Below are positions 59,526-64,000 of a stretch of 64,000 nucleotides of DNA, piece by piece. The notes under the pieces were generated by a model that was given only the letters and a program-made list of their open reading frames with translations, was not told where the DNA came from and searched no databases. Position numbers and translations under genes: made by a program. The DNA lies in NCBI GenBank assembly GCA_040954595.2, contig CM082589.2, positions 8,316,232-8,380,231 on the forward strand, written 5' to 3'. Numbering within the stretch: position 1 is the stretch's first letter; every line of letters begins with the position of its first letter. The DNA is from Balanoglossus misakiensis. Its lineage: Eukaryota > Animalia > Hemichordata.

Positions 59526-59950
59526 ATTTGTTTTGCTTCGTACTCTCGGCTGTTTCGAGAGTTCTCGGGCCTCATATAAACTGAGAGGGCGTGCTGACAG
59601 ATTATTGGATCATGCATGGTTCAAATCAGGCAAATCTTTCCATTAGAGTTCAAATATTCTGAGACCCTCAGTGCTTTCTCAAGATTTTGGATTTTTATTT
59701 GTAATTTGAAGGAAATATGAAAAAGTGAAATTTGATATTCTGGATTTGAGTTTAAACGAGACTATACGAGAATACGGTTTGACCTTGATTGACCCCTCGC
59801 CCGCTCTGCAGGTAGAACCAGGAAGTAGGTCAGGCGAGCTGAATAAGCATACATACAATTGCAACGAGAAGCTTAGGCAGAATGGTGGGATAGGAAATTT
59901 ATCTGTTCCAAGTTCAACAAACATTTCCTAGGCTGAAAGTGACGAGTAAG
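59526..59950. promoter_or_regulatory. Probable bidirectional promoter region between BSDC1 and the aveugle-like gene
   Basis: Head-to-head arrangement. Plus-strand GTAAGT donor near 59946 for a likely 5' UTR exon. TSSs not determined. Confidence 0.4.
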
Positions 59951-60403
59951 TAAACCCACTTGAATTCGCTTGAGTGTTGCTGCAGTTTCGTAGCCTTCAA
60001 AACTCCCCTTGACTAATTTTGTGTTGGATGGCCCACCTCCCCGTCTACTAACCACAGTCACTCCACACATTCACATGACATGCATCATTTTCATGATTGC
60101 TGACTAAGTCATTGATAACATTTTACATGAATCAGTCTGATTAAAATCAGGTGTAGAGTTAGGCGCCGTCTTCACCTTTGCTGATTCTTGGCTGAGCTGT
60201 TCTGAAGAACAGAACAGAACAGCTGAAATGATTAGACAGCACCTAAATACACAGTGTATACATATGATTCTACATCTACAGTCTGTGTCTTCTCCCATAG
60301 GATTACATTGAGAATAGCTAGAAAACTCATTTCTACTATTGTCATTATCATGAAATTTTTCCAACAATCCTAAAGTAAAAGAAATGACAATACGTTCAAT
60401 TTT

Positions 60404-61626
60404 GGATCTGGTTCTCTTAGTGGACACGACTATACCCCTGGGCGATACCATTTTTTAGGGGGCAAGGGGTGGCAATGAGGGTGAGTTTGTATGGGTCATT
60501 GGCGAGGGTGTGAAATGACTAATAAGGCAATAAAGTGTGTTTTTGTGTTGTGTGTGGCTTCTGAAAAGGTCCTGAAAAGGACTGTTTGTTTTGTATTGGT
60601 ATCTCTTTTCTTAGGGAAAGGGTTACTGCTCGGCAATATCCCTCAAAATATTGCGCACCGCATCCTCCTTTGCTCGCCCGTACCACTCCCACCACATAAA
60701 CTCATCCAAATAACCTGGCAGCATTTCCTTGGACACACCATTCATCCTCTTCAGCTTAGCTTTGGCCTTGTTCCAGTAACTCTCGACGGCTTGCGTGTGA
60801 ACACCGGTTACAGGGTCGATGAAGTGGCGGCCGTGATTCACTGAAGCATACGTGAACCGATCATCGTTTGATAATTGTTGATACGCGGCCCATTGATCCG
60901 AATGGATAATGGAGCAGGGTACAACAACATCTTCGATGATCGGTAGTAGTGTCGCTTGCATCACGCTTTTCCACCAGCTGCATAAAGCCAATCGCAGGTT
61001 GAGAGAACCGGTCAACCATTCCAAATACCCATCTCTCTTCCGTCGGGTGTCGTCCACGATGATGTTTGCACTTGTGGCAAAAAAGACTTTCGTCTATCTC
61101 AACCACAGTGCCCGGGCCGCCAAGGTGGAAGGCTTCACCCATCAGCTTGGCGCTGCATACCTCTCACAGAAAATTGCAGTAATCAATAAGCACCCTCTTC
61201 GAAACTCCGGTCGTTACAACCATCATACTCAGTGGTTGGTCTATAGCCCAAAATAAAATAATTTTTAAAAGCACGTCCAAACGTAAACAAGACTTGGAAA
61301 AGAATGTCCCATGTCTGGTCCTGTATTTTTCGCAACCCTTGTTTAAGCAACGCCAGGAAAAACCATCAGAGCGTTTTTTTACCGGTGTCCAAATCATGGG
61401 CTGTATACAAAAAGGACATTCTTGAGAAGTAGCCAAAAGCCCATGTTCTTTAAGAAACAAAATGCTCTGATCAATACTATGGGTTGCTTTTTCGGCTTGC
61501 CGATAAAACGCCATTGTTCAAACTGACGTCATTTCCCCCTTTCAGTAGACTATTTTAAGATCTGGCCCTAAAAAATAATGGTATCGCCCAGGGGGTATAG
61601 TCGTGTCCACTAAGTGAACCAGATCC
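60404..61626 (-). mobile_element. Merlin (IS1016/IS1595-like) DNA transposon, full length, 1223 bp
   Basis: ~57-bp TIRs GGATCTGGTTC(T/A)CTTAGTGGACACGACTATACCCC…, 8-bp TSD TCAATTTT (60396-60403 / 61627-61634). Confidence 0.93.
60611..61514 (-). pseudogene. Merlin DDE transposase (~300 aa), inactivated
   Basis: Zn ribbon CPFC…WRCLNKGC, and DDE motifs VVEIDES, IIHSDQWAAY, HTQAVESYW, YLDEFMW. In-frame TGA at 61166-61164, +1 frameshift near 60958, TAA at 60625-60623. Confidence 0.9.
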
Positions 61627-61715
61627 TCAATTTTACTGATCGTATAAACTTAATTGTAATTTGTATGTTTTTCTCTGCTGACAGGTTAAATAAACCAAAA
61701 CTGAAAAGTTGGAGT

Positions 61716-63967
61716 ATGGAAGAAAGTGACAGACAGAACAAAGATACAGACTCTACTAAGGCTGCCAGCAAGGTCAGTACTTACAGGTCGTCTTGTTCAT
61801 ACTGGTACATTGTGAGAGCATCTTTTAAAGGGACAAAGTCTCTCTCTCTCACTGCCGTTTTTTCATTAATTATGTTTGATACAAGACACTGTTTATATTA
61901 TTCTACATGTGGATATATAGTGAATCAACGTTCGACCACACACAACTTCCATACAGTTTGTAGGATATGAGAGTAAAAATCCCGCCAAAATGAATAAATG
62001 GTAAACACTGATTATTCATTTTGGTGAGTTTTTAACTCTTGTCCCTTTTTAACCTCACCAGCAATTGCAACCAGGCTGTCTCTCAGTATCTTTGTGTAGG
62101 GTATCAACTATGGTTTCTTGCTCTACTACGCTGGAAGCCCCAATAATTCAAAATAAAAAAAAATTCAAGTGAAGGAATCTGTGATCGAGCAAGCGCATTT
62201 CAGAAGTTCCAGAATGAGCTCAGGGGTGTAGAACATCAACATCTCAGCATCACCTGATGCGTGAGGTCAAGACGCGTTCAATATGCAAATCACTTCATGG
62301 TGGTGTCTGAAAACTAAGAAGTCCCATAGTGGCCAATTTATTGTTCATCAAACACGATCGGAATATGTGTATAATTATAAGGTTATTCACAAAATACCAA
62401 GATTTCTGTCCTTGTACACTGTACACTTCAGTACTGTCCTTGATACTGTACATCTCAGAAAATACCTCCGCTGAATGATGTACTCCGACATAAATCCCAG
62501 TATTTTGTGAATAACCTTATAATATCAGCATGTTTGACATAGCAGAAGAACACTGTTACTTAAATAATATTGAACAGTTGACAAAATATAATGTCTCTTT
62601 ATGATTCAAGATTGACAAATTGTTCTTTGTTAATCTTGTAATTTTTTTTACAGAAACGAACCAAACCAAGATCAGTATTTTTATGGGGTGTTCAAGAAGT
62701 TACAAGATGGCTGAGACGTCGCTGTCCTACATACTATGGTCTCTATGGTAACATCTTTGCTGAACATGAAATTTCAGGTAATTGTCTTCCTCACTGGTCC
62801 ATTGGAGATAATATTCTGCGGAAAATTATTATTTTTATATGCTTTTATTTCGGACTCATGGTCAATAATGGTGAAAAATATACATAGTTTGGTAAGCTAT
62901 TATTAACTCCCGGTTCTTAAACATGGCAAAAATCGGCCTAATTGTGTTGACTACGTGAGATTTTTATCACTCGCCAAGTTAGCAAAACCTTATATACAGA
63001 TATAAGGTAGGGAGGATTCTGTAGCCTTACTTTCCACTTAACTAATATGCCTGACAAGTGACAGCCCTGGATTACTAAGCTTAGTATCTGTCCATACTAT
63101 AAATCTTTGAATTACATGTAAATTTACCAATACATGAACTTATGTACAGTTTGTGTATATTTTCACTATATGTTCAGGTCGAGCTTTGGTTCATCTAGAT
63201 ACAAGGAAATTAGAACAGATGGGGATACACAATCCAGACCACAGGTAATTCCCAAAAATCATACGCTCCTAAGCCTCTAGAGCTGCCACTTTTTGCGTTA
63301 TTTTCATGATTTTATCTTCCGACCCAAAATTGGTCCATCTAAATAAGCTTACTGATACAGGTATGTACACCTTATCGATGCCCAAATTTGACTGAATGTT
63401 GCAATTTGAACACGCTATATATTAAACAGGTGCCACACCGATTTAATCAGCTTCCATACAAACAGTACGCTGCTATCGCGGTATGTGTCACCAAGAGATG
63501 TCGAACTGATGCAAATACATGTAATGTGGCTTAATGGGGAGAATTTTCGAGGATAGCGAATATATTTGAAGTATTTTATTGTGGAAATAATATATGTGAA
63601 ATTTGGCAGCTATAGGGGCATTAATAATTTCATACCAGCAAACAAGTATATCATTTAGTTTTACTGATTGGAATGTAAAAGAAAGTTAACACATACAACC
63701 ACTGAACCACATTTCCTATTCATGCATACTGGTGTAATCATATTCAAGTCCATATGTGTTGTGATATAATGCTGGTGTATTTTCTGTGTAATGCCTAAAT
63801 GGGACCAAAGTACTATGTTATTTATTAATTCAATAGGCTCCAATAGGGAATAGATCCCTGACAATGGCTTGTTTTAACATCTTTCAGAACTGAGCTGCTC
63901 AATCAAATATTAAAACTGAAAATAAAACATGAACAACTGGAGCTGAAGGTATTGCAGAAGCAGTCCA
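61716..63967 (+). CDS. Aveugle/SAMD10/SAMD12-like single-SAM protein (3' end outside window)
   Basis: Exons 61716-61772, 62654-62777, 63178-63244, 63888-63967, GT-AG and in phase: …KPRSVFLWGVQEVTRWLRRRCP..Y..IFAEHEISGRALVHLDTRKLEQMGIHNPDHRTELLNQILKLKIKHE. Confidence 0.85.
62375..62522. repeat. Isolated hairpin related to the 50134-50225 hairpin
   Basis: TTATAAGGTTATTCACAAAATAC…GTATTTTGTGAATAACCTTATAA. Confidence 0.6.
63272..63620. mobile_element. Kolobok-like MITE family 3, inverted copy
   Basis: Reverse-complement homolog of 32815-33066 with an extra internal segment. Confidence 0.72.
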
Positions 63968-64000
63968 GTAAGTATACTATGCTCTCAAGTATTATTATAT

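Noticed and set aside
60404-61626. Bacterial IS1595 contamination or recent horizontal transfer
   Set aside because: Integrated with a TSD between spliced animal exons; fits the known eukaryotic Merlin superfamily.

Overview
AT-rich, intron-containing animal genomic DNA. A marine invertebrate, plausibly a deuterostome such as a hemichordate, is my inference only. Hand-splicing recovers: a CABIT/Pro-rich/SAM adaptor (GAREM-like, minus, 5 exons); an unusual NHR + ARM-like + NEURL4-type ADP-ribosyltransferase gene (minus, 10 exons, one abnormal donor); a small secreted Cys-rich orphan with a decayed tandem copy; a 15-exon GMC oxidoreductase; an incomplete LITAF-like gene; BSDC1; and a divergent aveugle/SAMD12-like gene that runs off the window. 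Mobile DNA is dense. It includes an intact Crypton-type tyrosine recombinase element with several non-autonomous relatives, a full-length but broken Merlin transposon, a Penelope-like RT relic, many MITEs (Harbinger-, Kolobok-, piggyBac-, hAT-, Academ- and mariner-like) and probable P-element excision footprints. Two signals stand out. First, the Crypton-associated hairpins repeatedly carry CGAG/CGAG tandem G.A mismatches and GNA loops that are stable on one strand only, which suggests recombination on folded ssDNA. Second, the NHR-ARM-ART protein retains an H-Y-E triad.
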